Shown here piece after piece: positions 39,167 through 50,002 of a DNA stretch of 64,000 nt; within the stretch, counting starts at the first letter, position 1; the number at the start of each line of letters is the position of its first letter. Under the pieces are notes generated by a model. The model worked only from the letters and a program-made list of their open reading frames with translations. It did no database searches and had not been told where the DNA came from. The DNA is from an uncultured Pelagibacteraceae bacterium (GTDB lineage Bacteria > Pseudomonadota > Alphaproteobacteria > Pelagibacterales > Pelagibacteraceae). The DNA lies in the NCBI GenBank assembly GCA_902631535.1, contig CACOYX010000002.1, positions 39,570 through 103,569 on the forward strand. The letters are read 5' to 3'. The position numbers were made by a program, and so were the translations under genes.

Positions 39167-39904
39167 TTATTTTTTTTCAGCGGGTTTTTTGTCTTCAGGT
39201 TTTTTATCAGCACCTTCTTTTGATTTATCATCTTTTTTAGAACCCTCAGCATCCTTAGCAGCTGCTTCTGCACCTTCTACTGGAGCTTCTCCCTCTGCGC
39301 CTTCAGCTGCTGCTTCTTCCTCTGCTGGTTTTTCTGGTTCTTTTATAACTGTTGGTGATGCTACAGTTGCTATAACAAAATCACGATCAGTTATAGTTGG
39401 AGTAACATTCTCATCTAATTTTACAGATGAAATTTTTATACTTGTTCCAATGTCAGTACCTGTAAGATCTATAATAATTTCATTAGGTATTTTTTCAGCA
39501 GGACACTTTAATTCAACTTTTCTTCTTACTATATTCAACACACCGCCTCTTTTTAATCCCGGAGAGTCTGGATGATTTATAAATTTTACTGGAATTTCTA
39601 AAATAATATTTTTTCCCACAACTATTCTCATAAAATCTATGTGAATAGGTTCTTCAGATACTACGTTAAAAGCAACATCTCTTGGAATAACTTTTTCCTT
39701 TTTTCCGTCAATCTCTAATTCTAAAACTTTTGATAGAAATGTTTCGGAGTTAATTAGGTTTTTAATTTCTTTTTTATTTATACAGATATTTTGATTTGCG
39801 TCTTTACCTCCATATAAAATTGCAGGTATAAGACCTTCTGATCTGAGTTTATTGTTTGATCCAGAAGAGGTACTCTTTCTTTTTGTTGCCTTTAAATTAC
39901 TCAT
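39167..39904 (-). CDS. rplY: ribosomal protein bL25/Ctc with low-complexity A/E/K tail
   Basis: IPAILYG, HIDF, SPGLKRGG. Confidence 0.95.
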   Translation of the reverse strand: MSNLKATKRKSTSSGSNNKLRSEGLIPAILYGGKDANQNICINKKEIKNLINSETFLSKVLELEIDGKKEKVIPRDVAFNVVSEEPIHIDFMRIVVGKNIILEIPVKFINHPDSPGLKRGGVLNIVRRKVELKCPAEKIPNEIIIDLTGTDIGTSIKISSVKLDENVTPTITDRDFVIATVASPTVIKEPEKPAEEEAAAEGAEGEAPVEGAEAAAKDAEGSKKDDKSKEGADKKPEDKKPAEKK

Positions 39905-39953
39905 AATTTAATTGAAGTGGGTATATAACCTAAGATTAATATCAAAACAAGAG

Positions 39954-40886
39954 TTAATTGAATAAATCGGACACTGAATTAGAGTTTGCTATTCTTTTAA
40001 TAGCTTCAGACATCAAAGAAGAGATTGATAAGACCTCAATTTTATTGTTATTTTTAATCTTACTAGAGTTATCTATTGAGTCAGTGATAATTAATTTCTT
40101 TACTTTTGAATTTTTAATTTTTTTAGCCGCTTCACCGCTCAAAACTGCATGTGTAATAAATACATAAACTTCTTTAGCACCTTTTTTCTTTAAAGCATCA
40201 ACAGCATTTATAATTGTTCCGCCACTATCGATTATGTCATCGACAATAATGCAAGTTTTATTTTTTACATCACCAATGATGTTCATCACTTCAGATTTAC
40301 CGGGTGCTGGTCTTCTTTTATCAATAATAGCAAGGTCAGCTTTAATTCTAGTAGCTAAAGCTCTAGTTCTAGCAACTCCCCCCATATCTGGAGAAACACA
40401 AATTAAATTTTTCGAACTAACTTTTTTTTTAATAAATTTTGAAAACAAAGGTGTAGTGAATAAGTTATCAACTGGCATATCAAAAAATCCTTGAATTTGA
40501 CCTGCATGCAAATCAACAGTTACTATTCTATTGGCACCAGCGTTGGTTAATAAATTTGCAACTACTTTTGCTGATATAGAAGTTCTTGGAGCAACCTTTC
40601 TATCTTGTCTTGCATAGCCAAAATATGGAATGACAGCTGTGATAGTTTTGGCAGAAGATCTTTTTAAAGCATCAATTACTAGTAGCAGTTCCATCAAATT
40701 GTCGTTCGCAGGATTAGACGTAGATTGAATTACGAATACGCTATTGCCTCTAATATTCTCATTTATTTCTATATAAATTTCTCCATCGGCAAATCTTCTT
40801 ATATTAGTATTTATCAATTTTAATTTAAGGTTTTTTGCAATATTTCTACTTAATTTTAAATTGCTGGTTCCAGATAAAATTTTCAT
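39954..40886 (-). CDS. prs: ribose-phosphate pyrophosphokinase
   Basis: FADGE, PYFGYARQDR, DLHAGQIQGFF, VDDIIDSGGT. Confidence 0.98.
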   Translation of the reverse strand: MKILSGTSNLKLSRNIAKNLKLKLINTNIRRFADGEIYIEINENIRGNSVFVIQSTSNPANDNLMELLLVIDALKRSSAKTITAVIPYFGYARQDRKVAPRTSISAKVVANLLTNAGANRIVTVDLHAGQIQGFFDMPVDNLFTTPLFSKFIKKKVSSKNLICVSPDMGGVARTRALATRIKADLAIIDKRRPAPGKSEVMNIIGDVKNKTCIIVDDIIDSGGTIINAVDALKKKGAKEVYVFITHAVLSGEAAKKIKNSKVKKLIITDSIDNSSKIKNNNKIEVLSISSLMSEAIKRIANSNSVSDLFN

Positions 40887-40936
40887 GAAATGTAATTACT
40901 TATACCTTATTTCTATAACTTTTCAAATTAATAAAG

Positions 40937-41689
40937 CTATAGTAAGCGCACCGCAGATATACATCTTCCATAATCTTTTTGCTTTAATTTACATGATCTT
41001 CTGTAACTAAAAAAATTACTTTTTTCGGCAAAAGTATCCCTATTAATTTGATCAACCCTGACGTTCAATTTTAAGAGTTTATCTGTTACAAATTTTCTTA
41101 AATTAAATAACTTTTTTTTTTTATTTTTGTTTGAAAAATAAATTTTATTATTTTTAGATTTGATTAAAAATTTTTTATAAAAATCATTATCTACCTCATA
41201 ACTTTTTTTACCGATACAAGGTCCTACACTTGCATAAATTCTGTTATTTGAATTAATTTTTTTTATTTTTTTTATAGTTTTATGAATTATATCTGAAAAG
41301 GCACCTTTCCAACCTGCATGTATACAACCGACTATATTAGTTTTAAAATCATAGATAATAATAGGCACGCAGTCAGCGGTTAAAACACCAAGTGCAATTC
41401 CTCTCATTCTAGTAATTATAGCGTCTGCAGTAATCTTTTTTCTATAATTATCTTTTTTTATCTCAACAACTTTATTGCTGTGAATTTGGTGCATTAAAAC
41501 TAATTTATTTTTTTCGATAGCCATGTATTTAGCAACATAATTTAAGTTTCTATCAACATTTTTTTTATTGTCTCTTGATCCTTTTCCACAATTTAAACTT
41601 TTATATATACTTTTCGAAAACCCATTCTTTCTCGAAAAAAAGCAATGTTTTATTTGTTTAATCTTTTTAAGTTTTTTTGAAAAAAACAT
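40937..41689 (-). CDS. pgeF: YfiH/PgeF family protein
   Basis: QIHS, TADC, HAGWKG, GPCI...YEV, FFSYRR. Confidence 0.93.
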   Translation of the reverse strand: MFFSKKLKKIKQIKHCFFSRKNGFSKSIYKSLNCGKGSRDNKKNVDRNLNYVAKYMAIEKNKLVLMHQIHSNKVVEIKKDNYRKKITADAIITRMRGIALGVLTADCVPIIIYDFKTNIVGCIHAGWKGAFSDIIHKTIKKIKKINSNNRIYASVGPCIGKKSYEVDNDFYKKFLIKSKNNKIYFSNKNKKKKLFNLRKFVTDKLLKLNVRVDQINRDTFAEKSNFFSYRRSCKLKQKDYGRCISAVRLL

Positions 41690-42753
41690 TATTTAAATCC
41701 AGCAATTTTATTTGTTTCAAATTTGTAAGCCAAAATAACTTTAAACAATTCTCCCATATATCTAGGGCTTAATAATCTTTGAATTCGAAAATATAAATCC
41801 GACTGCTCAGAAAATTTCATTTTTCCTGCTAATATTCTTGCTCTTTCAATAATACCCATATTTTCTAAAAATTGCCTCTGAGTAATTATATTTTTAATTT
41901 TAAATCCATTTTTTATAAAAAATTCATTTAAGAGTGCAAAATTTACGTGAGCAGTTACATCTGCCTTACCTAAATTTTTTAATAAATTATTTTTTTTATG
42001 TTTCATAACAGACTGTAAAGTATTTTTATTATTTGGTTTAAAATATCCATAATCGATCATTAAAATACATCCTTTTAATTTAGAAATTTTCTGTGAAATT
42101 TTTAGCAATTCCTGAAAACCTGATTTAGGAAATTCAATAAAATTTAAATTCCTTAATGTCTTGTATGACTTAATTTCTTTAACGTCAGTGTTTGAAGCTT
42201 TCTTAAAAATTTCTTTAATTTTGTAATTATTATCAAGAGTATAATATTTCTCATAAAAAGAATTTTTCACTCTTTTGAATTGCTTTATGGGTATAGCGTC
42301 AAAAAATTCATTACCAAAAAATATAATTGGACCTTTTTTTATTTCGTTAAAATTCTTTATCCATTTTATTTTATTATTTGATATTTTCCTTTTTTGGATT
42401 TTTTTAAGATAATTACTTTCTTCATATAAAAAAATTTTTTTAATTGAATTAAATTCTGGAAATTGTTTGAAAGATCTTATTAACACATCAGTCAAACTTC
42501 CATCTCCAGGACCTAATTCAATAATATTAAAGTTTTTTGGTTTCCCAAACGACTCCCAACAAGCGACAATCCAAATTGCTATTATTTCAGAAAACAAATT
42601 TGAAATTTTTGGTGAAGTAATAAAATCGCCTTTTTCACCAAATGGAATTCTTGAGTTATAATATCCAAATTTTTTATCATAAAGAACATTCTTAAAAAAT
42701 TTATCTATTGGAAGTATTTTAGAATTTTTAAAAAATAATTTGTTACTTTTCAT
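41689..42753 (-). CDS. SAM-dependent methyltransferase, MidA/NDUFAF7 family
   Basis: GYY, GDFITSP, ELGPGDG, NEFFDAIP, IDYG, ADVTAHVNF, MGELFKV. Confidence 0.92.
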   Translation of the reverse strand: MKSNKLFFKNSKILPIDKFFKNVLYDKKFGYYNSRIPFGEKGDFITSPKISNLFSEIIAIWIVACWESFGKPKNFNIIELGPGDGSLTDVLIRSFKQFPEFNSIKKIFLYEESNYLKKIQKRKISNNKIKWIKNFNEIKKGPIIFFGNEFFDAIPIKQFKRVKNSFYEKYYTLDNNYKIKEIFKKASNTDVKEIKSYKTLRNLNFIEFPKSGFQELLKISQKISKLKGCILMIDYGYFKPNNKNTLQSVMKHKKNNLLKNLGKADVTAHVNFALLNEFFIKNGFKIKNIITQRQFLENMGIIERARILAGKMKFSEQSDLYFRIQRLLSPRYMGELFKVILAYKFETNKIAGFK

Positions 42754-43537
42754 TTTCTTTTCGCAATATATTCATTAAGATAAAACCAGCTAAAATCATT
42801 AAAAAACTTAAAATTGTTCCCATGCTAAATAAATTAAATATATAACCTATCTGAATATCTGGTTCTCTAAAAGATTCTGATATAACTCTAAAAATTCCAT
42901 AAAAAATTAAAAATAAATAAGAGCTACTTCCAATTTTATATTTTCTTTTAAAAACTAATATATTTAAAATTAAGAAAAGCACTAGTCCCTCTAAGATAGC
43001 TTCATATATTTGTGAGGGGTGCCTTGGTAACAAATCAATAGTTGGGAAAATTACAGCCCAAGATACATCAGTTACTTTTCCGATCAACTCACCATTAATA
43101 AAATTCGCTATTCGCCCCAAAAAAATACCAATAGGGGACACGCAAGCAACTATATCTAATAAAAAAAAAGTTCTAATATTTCTTTTTTTGGAGAATAAAT
43201 ATGTTCCATAAATAATCCCAATTAAAGCCCCATGAAACGACATTCCCCCTTCCCAAACTTTAAAAATGTCAAGTGGGTTAGAAATATAATATTCAAGATT
43301 GTAAAAAATTATATAACCAAGTCTTCCCCCAATAATTATAGATATTATTATATATGAAATTAATTCATCAAATTCTCCAATATTAAATTTTAAGTCATTA
43401 CTTTTTAAAATATGAGCAATTATTCTTTTCCCTAACCACCATCCAATAATTATTCCAAAAACGTAGGCTAATGAATACCATCTGATAGCTATAAAACCAA
43501 AATCAACTAAAACGGGGTCTAAATTATGGGAGTACAT
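42743..43537 (-). CDS. lgt: prolipoprotein diacylglyceryl transferase
   Basis: IRWYSLAY, GGRLGY, GGMSFHG, GRIANFINGEL, RHPSQIYE, FREPD. Confidence 0.98.
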   Translation of the reverse strand: MYSHNLDPVLVDFGFIAIRWYSLAYVFGIIIGWWLGKRIIAHILKSNDLKFNIGEFDELISYIIISIIIGGRLGYIIFYNLEYYISNPLDIFKVWEGGMSFHGALIGIIYGTYLFSKKRNIRTFFLLDIVACVSPIGIFLGRIANFINGELIGKVTDVSWAVIFPTIDLLPRHPSQIYEAILEGLVLFLILNILVFKRKYKIGSSSYLFLIFYGIFRVISESFREPDIQIGYIFNLFSMGTILSFLMILAGFILMNILRKENEK

Positions 43538-43589
43538 ACATTCTTATATCATATTTGAAATTTAGATGTTCTTCAAATAAGATAAAGTT

Positions 43590-43835
43590 ATGAGTAATTC
43601 AGAAAAAATTTTAAAATCTTTATCGAGTTTAATAGAGAATGGTATCCTGACTTCTAAAGATATCAAAAAAGAAATATCTACAGATTTAAAGTTTAAAAAA
43701 GATAAAATAATTAATAAACTTGAGCTTGTATCCAGAGAAGAATTTGAGGTTTTAAAAAAAGTCGTACAAAAACAAGCAATTTTAATAAAGCAATTAAAAA
43801 AAAATAAAAAGACTAAAAAGGTAAAGAAATCTTAA
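43590..43835 (+). CDS. UbiK/BMFP family accessory factor
   Basis: L.LVSREEFEV motif plus C-terminal coiled coil; divergent from lgt. Confidence 0.8.
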   Translation: MSNSEKILKSLSSLIENGILTSKDIKKEISTDLKFKKDKIINKLELVSREEFEVLKKVVQKQAILIKQLKKNKKTKKVKKS

Positions 43836-45132
43836 CTAATAGTCCACCAAATTTACTTTTACCCAATTGAACATTTCCTCCATGAGAGTTTATAATGTCC
43901 TCAACAATTGCGAGACCTAAACCCACGCCTGATTGATTTAAGCTTCTGCTCTTATCTAATCTAAAAAAAGGTTTAAAAACATTCTTGTATTGATCTTCTG
44001 GAATACCCGGGCCATCATCTTCAAATGTTATTAAGGCCCTATTATTACCTTTTTGTGCATTGATATTTATATTTTTTCCGTAAATTATTGCATTTTGTAT
44101 TATATTTTCAAAAGATCTTCTTAAAGCAATCGGTCTACCTTTAAGTTTTAGTACCTTATGGTCTTTGGTTAAGGATATTTTACTATTATCAAAATCTTTT
44201 ACAAGCAACTCCAACAAGTCATTGAGATCAATTAAAGATGTATTTTCTTGCGCTTGGGTTTTTGCGAATTGTAAATAATCATTTAACATTTTTTCCATTT
44301 CATCAATATCTTTGGACATTTTTTCTGATACATCTTTTTGTTTTAGCATTGCAAGCTGCAATTTGAGTCTTGTTAAAGGTGTTCTTAAATCGTGGCTAAT
44401 TCCAGAAAGCATCTCTGCTCTTTGATTAAGGTGACGGTTAATTCTTTTTGCCATTCTATCAAATTCAAAAGAAGCTTTTCTAATTTCTTGTGATCCGGAG
44501 GCTCGAAAATCGTTAACGTAATCCCCTTTTCCAAATCTTTCAGCTGCTTTAGCTAATTTTACAAGAGGTTTTGTTTGATTCTTTAAAAATATTAGAGCAA
44601 TAATAATTAAAATTAATGATGGTAAGGTAGTCCATAAAACGAAAAGCCTAACCGAGGAGGCAGAGACCATTTCTTTAGGAACTAAAAATTCAATTACGTC
44701 ATTTCCAGATTTTATTTTTATTTCAACAGCATTATTAAATTTAATCGTATTAAACCAATAATTATTATTACCAAAAACTGATTTCAGCTCTCTCCTTAAA
44801 GATCGATCCATTGGACTGAATTTTCTTTCGCCACTATTTTTTGGAAGAGGATTTTGGTTGATACCAATTTCAAAATTAAAATTATTTTTATAACTATCTG
44901 TAAAAAAATCTAAATTTTTTTTGTCATTTTGATAAACTTCCTGAATTGTTTTTAATTGGTTAACTAATGATCTTGTTATATTCTTATTAACTTTTATCCA
45001 GATGCTATCATAAAAAACGATTGTAATTATAATTTGAAGAATGATAGTTGGAGCAGCAACAATTATTAAAGCTCTATAAAAAAGTCTTTTAGGTAGTATG
45101 TATTTAATAAAACTATTCAATCCAGAGAACAT
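43813..45132 (-). CDS. EnvZ-like sensor histidine kinase
   Basis: Two TMs, HAMP domain, SHDLRTPL H-box, DDGPGI, GLGL. Confidence 0.92.
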   Translation of the reverse strand: MFSGLNSFIKYILPKRLFYRALIIVAAPTIILQIIITIVFYDSIWIKVNKNITRSLVNQLKTIQEVYQNDKKNLDFFTDSYKNNFNFEIGINQNPLPKNSGERKFSPMDRSLRRELKSVFGNNNYWFNTIKFNNAVEIKIKSGNDVIEFLVPKEMVSASSVRLFVLWTTLPSLILIIIALIFLKNQTKPLVKLAKAAERFGKGDYVNDFRASGSQEIRKASFEFDRMAKRINRHLNQRAEMLSGISHDLRTPLTRLKLQLAMLKQKDVSEKMSKDIDEMEKMLNDYLQFAKTQAQENTSLIDLNDLLELLVKDFDNSKISLTKDHKVLKLKGRPIALRRSFENIIQNAIIYGKNININAQKGNNRALITFEDDGPGIPEDQYKNVFKPFFRLDKSRSLNQSGVGLGLAIVEDIINSHGGNVQLGKSKFGGLLVKISLPF

Positions 45133-45793
45133 AACCCGAGCCCCTTATTGTTTGAAGATATTTTGGATTTTTTGGATTTATTTCTAGCTTTTGCCTTAAT
45201 CTAGTAATTAAAACATCTATCGATCTTTCTTGACTTATTCCAGAAATTTTTCCTATTTCTTCCCTTGAAAATGTTGTGCCTGGATTAGCTAACATATCGA
45301 TTAAAACTTTTTTTTCAGAATTATTAATCTTTTTAAATTTATTATTTAAATTTACCGTCATTTTGTTCAGATCAATCTCAGCTTTACCCACATAGTGTTT
45401 AGATTTTAAATCAACTTTGTTATTTTTATTAATTATATTTTTAATTCTCAATAACAATTCTTTAGGCTCAAAAGGTTTACCAATATAATCATCGGCTCCT
45501 AGCTCTAATCCTCTAATCCTGTCTTCGACCTCTCCTTTTGCAGTAAGTAATATTACAGGAACTTTTATCTTTTTTTTAATTTCTTTTGTTAATTCATATC
45601 CGTTTTGGCCTGGCATCATTACATCCAGAATTAAAATATCAAATTTAAAGTAAAGTAATTTTTCTTTTGCTTGGGCCGCATTTTCAGCAGTTGAAACAAT
45701 ATAATTATTTTCAGAAAGATAATCTTTTAAAAGATTACGAATTCTATCATCATCATCGACTATGAGAATATGATTTTTATTATTTTCCATCAA
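45113..45793 (-). CDS. OmpR-family response regulator (PetR-like)
   Basis: VDDD, LDVMMPG, LTAK, GADDY..KPF, winged helix QTIRG.GY. Confidence 0.93.
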   Translation of the reverse strand: MMENNKNHILIVDDDDRIRNLLKDYLSENNYIVSTAENAAQAKEKLLYFKFDILILDVMMPGQNGYELTKEIKKKIKVPVILLTAKGEVEDRIRGLELGADDYIGKPFEPKELLLRIKNIINKNNKVDLKSKHYVGKAEIDLNKMTVNLNNKFKKINNSEKKVLIDMLANPGTTFSREEIGKISGISQERSIDVLITRLRQKLEINPKNPKYLQTIRGSGYVLWIE

Positions 45794-46220
45794 TAATTTT
45801 TTTTAACACATCCTTAAATTTTATTACAGAATCTGAACTCGAATTTTTTAATGCATTAAATATTCTTTTTTTTTGTGTATTATAGACTATTTCGAAGAAA
45901 TTTTTTCCCTCTTTATCCAGGTATAGATTTTTCTTTCTTGTATCAGTTTCATCTTGAATTTGTTTAATCATATTAGATTTTATTAAGTCCCTTAAAACTC
46001 TATTTAAGCTTTGTTTGGTCACTTTTAATCTAAAAATTAATTCTCCCAAGTTAATCCCAGGATTTCTTTCAATAAGATTTAACGCTCTTAAATGAGCTGG
46101 ACCAAAAAATTTTTTTGATAAAATTTCTTTTGGATCAGAAAAAGTTTCTCTATAAGCGTAATAAAGCAATTGAATAAACTCTTTTATTTGCTCATCCTTA
46201 AGATATAGTAAATCTTTCAT
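45780..46220 (-). CDS. MarR-family regulator (PetP-like)
   Basis: LLYYAYR..F..P, VTKQSLNRVL, D.RK; precedes the response regulator. Confidence 0.88.
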   Translation of the reverse strand: MKDLLYLKDEQIKEFIQLLYYAYRETFSDPKEILSKKFFGPAHLRALNLIERNPGINLGELIFRLKVTKQSLNRVLRDLIKSNMIKQIQDETDTRKKNLYLDKEGKNFFEIVYNTQKKRIFNALKNSSSDSVIKFKDVLKKIIDGK

Positions 46221-46296
46221 AATGGTAAACTATATTGACTTATCTCTTTGATGAATATACTTTTTTATAAAAAAAAAATCTATATATTTACTTTAA

Positions 46297-47184
46297 ATGG
46301 AAAGTATACCTTACGACAAGCGGTCAGGAAAAATTTGGTTTAACGGAAAAACTGTTGATTGGGCAGATGCAAATATCCATATACTTAATCATGGATTGCA
46401 CTATGCCAGTTGTGTTTTTGAAGGTGAAAGAGTTTATGAAGGAGAAATATTTAAATTAGAGGAGCATACAGAAAGACTTTTTTATTCTGCAAAAAGAATG
46501 GGTATTAATGTACCTTACTCTCAATTAGATATTAATAAAGCCTGTAAACAAATTGTTAATGTTCAAAAAGTTCAAAATGGATATGTGAGACCTTTTATTT
46601 GGCGGGGAAGCGAGATGATGGCTATATCAGCCCAAAAGAATAAAATACATGTAGCTATCGCAACTTGGGAATGGGGCTCATATTTTGATCCAAAATTAAA
46701 ATTAAATGGAATAAAATTAAATATTTCAAATTGGAGAAGACCTGCTCCTAACACTATACCTTGGGATACAAAAGCCGCAGGTTTATATATGATCTGTACT
46801 TTGTCCAAACATGAAGCAGAAGCAAAAGGGTTTACAGACTCATTGATGCTTGACCATGAGGGAAATATTGCAGAAGCAACAGGTGCAAATATATTTTTTA
46901 AAAGCAAGAATGGAGAATTACATACTCCTACACCTGACTCTTTTTTAGATGGGATTACAAGAAGGGAAGTAATTAAAATTGCCAAATCAAAAGGTATTAA
47001 GGTTATCGAGAGAAAAATTAAACCTGAAGAAATGAAAGAATTTACTGGATGTTTCTTGACTGGCACCGCAGCTGAAGTAACGCCAGTTTCACAAATATCT
47101 AATTATAGTTTTAAAGTTTGCGAATTAATTAAAGAACTAAACCAAACATATCAAATTCTAGTGAGAAAAAAATCCGCAGCCTAG
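46297..47184 (+). CDS. ilvE: branched-chain amino acid aminotransferase
   Basis: HGLHYASCVFEG, KAAGLY, EATGAN, LDGITR, GTAAEVTPV. Confidence 0.95.
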   Translation: MESIPYDKRSGKIWFNGKTVDWADANIHILNHGLHYASCVFEGERVYEGEIFKLEEHTERLFYSAKRMGINVPYSQLDINKACKQIVNVQKVQNGYVRPFIWRGSEMMAISAQKNKIHVAIATWEWGSYFDPKLKLNGIKLNISNWRRPAPNTIPWDTKAAGLYMICTLSKHEAEAKGFTDSLMLDHEGNIAEATGANIFFKSKNGELHTPTPDSFLDGITRREVIKIAKSKGIKVIERKIKPEEMKEFTGCFLTGTAAEVTPVSQISNYSFKVCELIKELNQTYQILVRKKSAA

Positions 47185-47765
47185 TCTTTGCTGTCTTCAT
47201 TAATTGCGTGATCAATACCTTTCCTCAAATAATCATAACCAGTATAAAGAGTTAAAAAAGCTGAAAACCATAAAAGAATTATTCCTACTGTTTGTGCATT
47301 GTAGTCTTGAAAATTGATAATTTTATTTCCACTTTCACCGGTGAGCAAAATTGCAATAGAAATCATTTGAATAAATGTTTTAAGTTTAGATAAACTTGTG
47401 ACTTGCATAGAAATACTACCCTTGGCTAAAAATTCTCTCAAACCTGAAATTAAAATCTCTCTTGTAAGTATTATAATGGCTGCGATCACTTCATAATTTT
47501 TTATAGTTCCATTCATAACAAGAAGAATAAGAGCAGCTGCTACTAGTATCTTATCAGCAATAGGGTCAAGAAGTTCTCCTAACTTCGATTCTTCTTTAAA
47601 CATTCTAGCTAACAAACCGTCCAGATAATCAGTGAAACTAGCTAAAGCGAATAAAAAGAATGGAATTAAATCTCCAAAAAATCCAGGGATAAAAAAAGTT
47701 AGAACAAAAATTGGAACAATAATTATACGACCAATTGTCAAAATATTTGGTATTTTTAATTTCAT
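47181..47765 (-). CDS. pgsA: phosphatidylglycerophosphate synthase
   Basis: PNILT..R, TDYLDG..AR...G..LDPIADK, REILISGLRE. Confidence 0.95.
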   Translation of the reverse strand: MKLKIPNILTIGRIIIVPIFVLTFFIPGFFGDLIPFFLFALASFTDYLDGLLARMFKEESKLGELLDPIADKILVAAALILLVMNGTIKNYEVIAAIIILTREILISGLREFLAKGSISMQVTSLSKLKTFIQMISIAILLTGESGNKIINFQDYNAQTVGIILLWFSAFLTLYTGYDYLRKGIDHAINEDSKD

Positions 47766-47771
47766 ACTTTT

Positions 47772-49610
47772 TTATTCGTGGAAATAATTATATATTTTAT
47801 TTGCAATGCTGTCTTCTATTCCTTCAATCGCTTTAAGGTCCTCAAGACTAGCCGACTCTACTGCTCTTGCTGAACCGAAATGATTTAATAAAGCTCTTTT
47901 TCTTTGTTTTCCAATTCCTTGAATTTGATCTAAAAGAGATTTGCTTAAGTTTTTTTTTCTTTTTGCTCTGTGGGTACTTATAGCAAATCTATGTGCTTCA
48001 TCTCTTAGTCTTTGAATAAAAAATAAAAGTGGATCATTTTTATTCAAAATAAATTCTTTATTTTTGTAGTAAATTTTTTCTTCACCAGCGTTCCTTTTTT
48101 TGCCTTTTGCCACTGCTAATATTGGTAAATCATGTAAACCAAGTTCATTTAAAACTTCTCTGCTAACAGAATACTGACCTTTACCTCCATCTATCAAAAT
48201 TAAATCTGGAAGTGATAAAGATCCTGATTTCTCTTTCACTGCTTTAGAAAATCTTCTAAATAAAACCTCTTTCATCATTCCATAATCATCGTTTTTTACT
48301 TTCTCATCCCTTATATTAAATTTTCTGTATCTTTTTTTTACAAAACCTTCGTTACTAAAGCAGATTAGAGCCCCAATAGAATCGGTTCCTTGAATGTGAC
48401 TGTTATCGTAAACTTCTATGAGATCTATACTGCTATTAAGTTGAAATTTAACGGCAAGTGTTTCGATTAAATTATTATTTGTATCAGACTGAATGAGTTT
48501 TTGTTTTAAAGCTTGTTTAGCATTTTTTTCAGCAAGTTTCGAAATAGATACCTCATTTTTTGCTTTAGCTTTTTTAATTGTTATTTGTTTGTTCTCTTTT
48601 GAAGAGAATGTTTTTTCAAGAAGTTTTTTTTCATTTGCTTCTATATTCGTTAGAATTAAATTAGGAATAGCTTTATTTTCGTAAAATTGAGGCAAAAAAG
48701 ATGAGAGAATTTCCTCCACAGTATCATCTGTATCATGTTTTGGATAAAATGCCTGATTACCCCAATTTTGTTTGGATCTAAAAAAGAAAACTTGGATACA
48801 AGTTTTTCCAGTTTCTTTATAGATACTTATTACATCTGCTTCATTTAAATTTGTTTGGTTAATCTTTTGTGAAGTCTGTATCTGAGTTAAGGCTTTAATC
48901 CTATCTCTTGCAATAGCTGCTTTTTCATAATCAAGATCTTTACTAGCTTGTTCCATCTCTCTAGATAAGTTTTTTTGTATCCTTCTTGATTTTCCAGAAA
49001 TAAAGTCAATTGCATCATTTACGGTAGATGAATAATCTTTTTCTTGAATATGTCCAACACAAGGGCCAGAGCATCTTTTTATTTGATAAAGAATACACGG
49101 TCGATCTCTATTTTTGAAAACTGTATCATCACAAACTCTCAGTTGAAAAATTTTTTGTAGAATTTTGATTGTCCAATTAGCTGAGCCTATTGATGCAAAA
49201 GGACCAAAATAATAACCTGATTTTGATTTTTTTCCTCTTAACTTAGTTAGTTGAGGCCATTTATCTTTATTACCGATATATATGTATGGAAAAGATTTAT
49301 CATCTCTTAATAAAATATTGTAACGAGGCTTATGTTTTTTAATTAAATTTGCTTCAAGCAATAAAGCTTCACTCTCGTTACTTGTAGTAGTTGTTTCTAG
49401 GTTATGAGTGAGAGATAACATTCTCTCAGTTCTTATAGGCAGGTTTGAGTCTGCAACGTAACTCTTAAGCCTGTTTGGGATATTTTTTGCTTTACCAATA
49501 TAAAGAATTTCACCTGTAGAGCTTAACATTTTATATACTCCAGGATTTTTAGAAATTAATGGTATTTTATCTCTAATTACCTTTTTTCCTAGCTCTAAAC
49601 TGTTAATCAT
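47772..49610 (-). CDS. uvrC: excinuclease ABC subunit C
   Basis: GIY-YIG (GVY..YIGKAK), [19 protein letters not shown], HhH. Confidence 0.98.
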   Translation of the reverse strand: MINSLELGKKVIRDKIPLISKNPGVYKMLSSTGEILYIGKAKNIPNRLKSYVADSNLPIRTERMLSLTHNLETTTTSNESEALLLEANLIKKHKPRYNILLRDDKSFPYIYIGNKDKWPQLTKLRGKKSKSGYYFGPFASIGSANWTIKILQKIFQLRVCDDTVFKNRDRPCILYQIKRCSGPCVGHIQEKDYSSTVNDAIDFISGKSRRIQKNLSREMEQASKDLDYEKAAIARDRIKALTQIQTSQKINQTNLNEADVISIYKETGKTCIQVFFFRSKQNWGNQAFYPKHDTDDTVEEILSSFLPQFYENKAIPNLILTNIEANEKKLLEKTFSSKENKQITIKKAKAKNEVSISKLAEKNAKQALKQKLIQSDTNNNLIETLAVKFQLNSSIDLIEVYDNSHIQGTDSIGALICFSNEGFVKKRYRKFNIRDEKVKNDDYGMMKEVLFRRFSKAVKEKSGSLSLPDLILIDGGKGQYSVSREVLNELGLHDLPILAVAKGKKRNAGEEKIYYKNKEFILNKNDPLLFFIQRLRDEAHRFAISTHRAKRKKNLSKSLLDQIQGIGKQRKRALLNHFGSARAVESASLEDLKAIEGIEDSIANKIYNYFHE

Positions 49611-50002
49611 ATTTTAGTCTTTGATACTTCAATACCAACAGATTTGGTTTTTTTTAGGATATCTAGTTTTTCTAGTTTCAAATTTATTTTTTTTACAAGT
49701 TTGTTTTTAAATATAATATTAAAAATATTTTCTGCCAAATCTTCAAGTAATTCATGGTGCTTTAAATCAGTGAGTTTTTCAATTTTCATTACCACCTCTT
49801 CATAATTTAAAATTGAATTTAAATTTTTACTATTAGGTGAAACATAAGGATCTGTCAAAATTTCAATATTAAATTTTACCCTTTGTTTCTTGTTTTTCTC
49901 AAAATTATGTATTCCAACAAAAATATCTAAAATAAGATCTTTGATGATCACTTTCCTTTTGTATTTAAATTTTTCCCTTTTTTTAAATTTAATTATTTTC
50001 AT
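49607..50002 (-). CDS. folB: dihydroneopterin aldolase/epimerase (FolB/FolX family)
   Basis: VGIH..E...KQ, LNY, LLEDLAE, K..SVG.E. Confidence 0.85.
   Translation of the reverse strand: MKIIKFKKREKFKYKRKVIIKDLILDIFVGIHNFEKNKKQRVKFNIEILTDPYVSPNSKNLNSILNYEEVVMKIEKLTDLKHHELLEDLAENIFNIIFKNKLVKKINLKLEKLDILKKTKSVGIEVSKTKI

Noticed and set aside
39167-39340. Repetitive GC-richer stretch and 128-aa antisense ORF at the rplY 3' end
   Set aside because: Explained by the Ala/Glu/Lys low-complexity tail common in bL25/Ctc.
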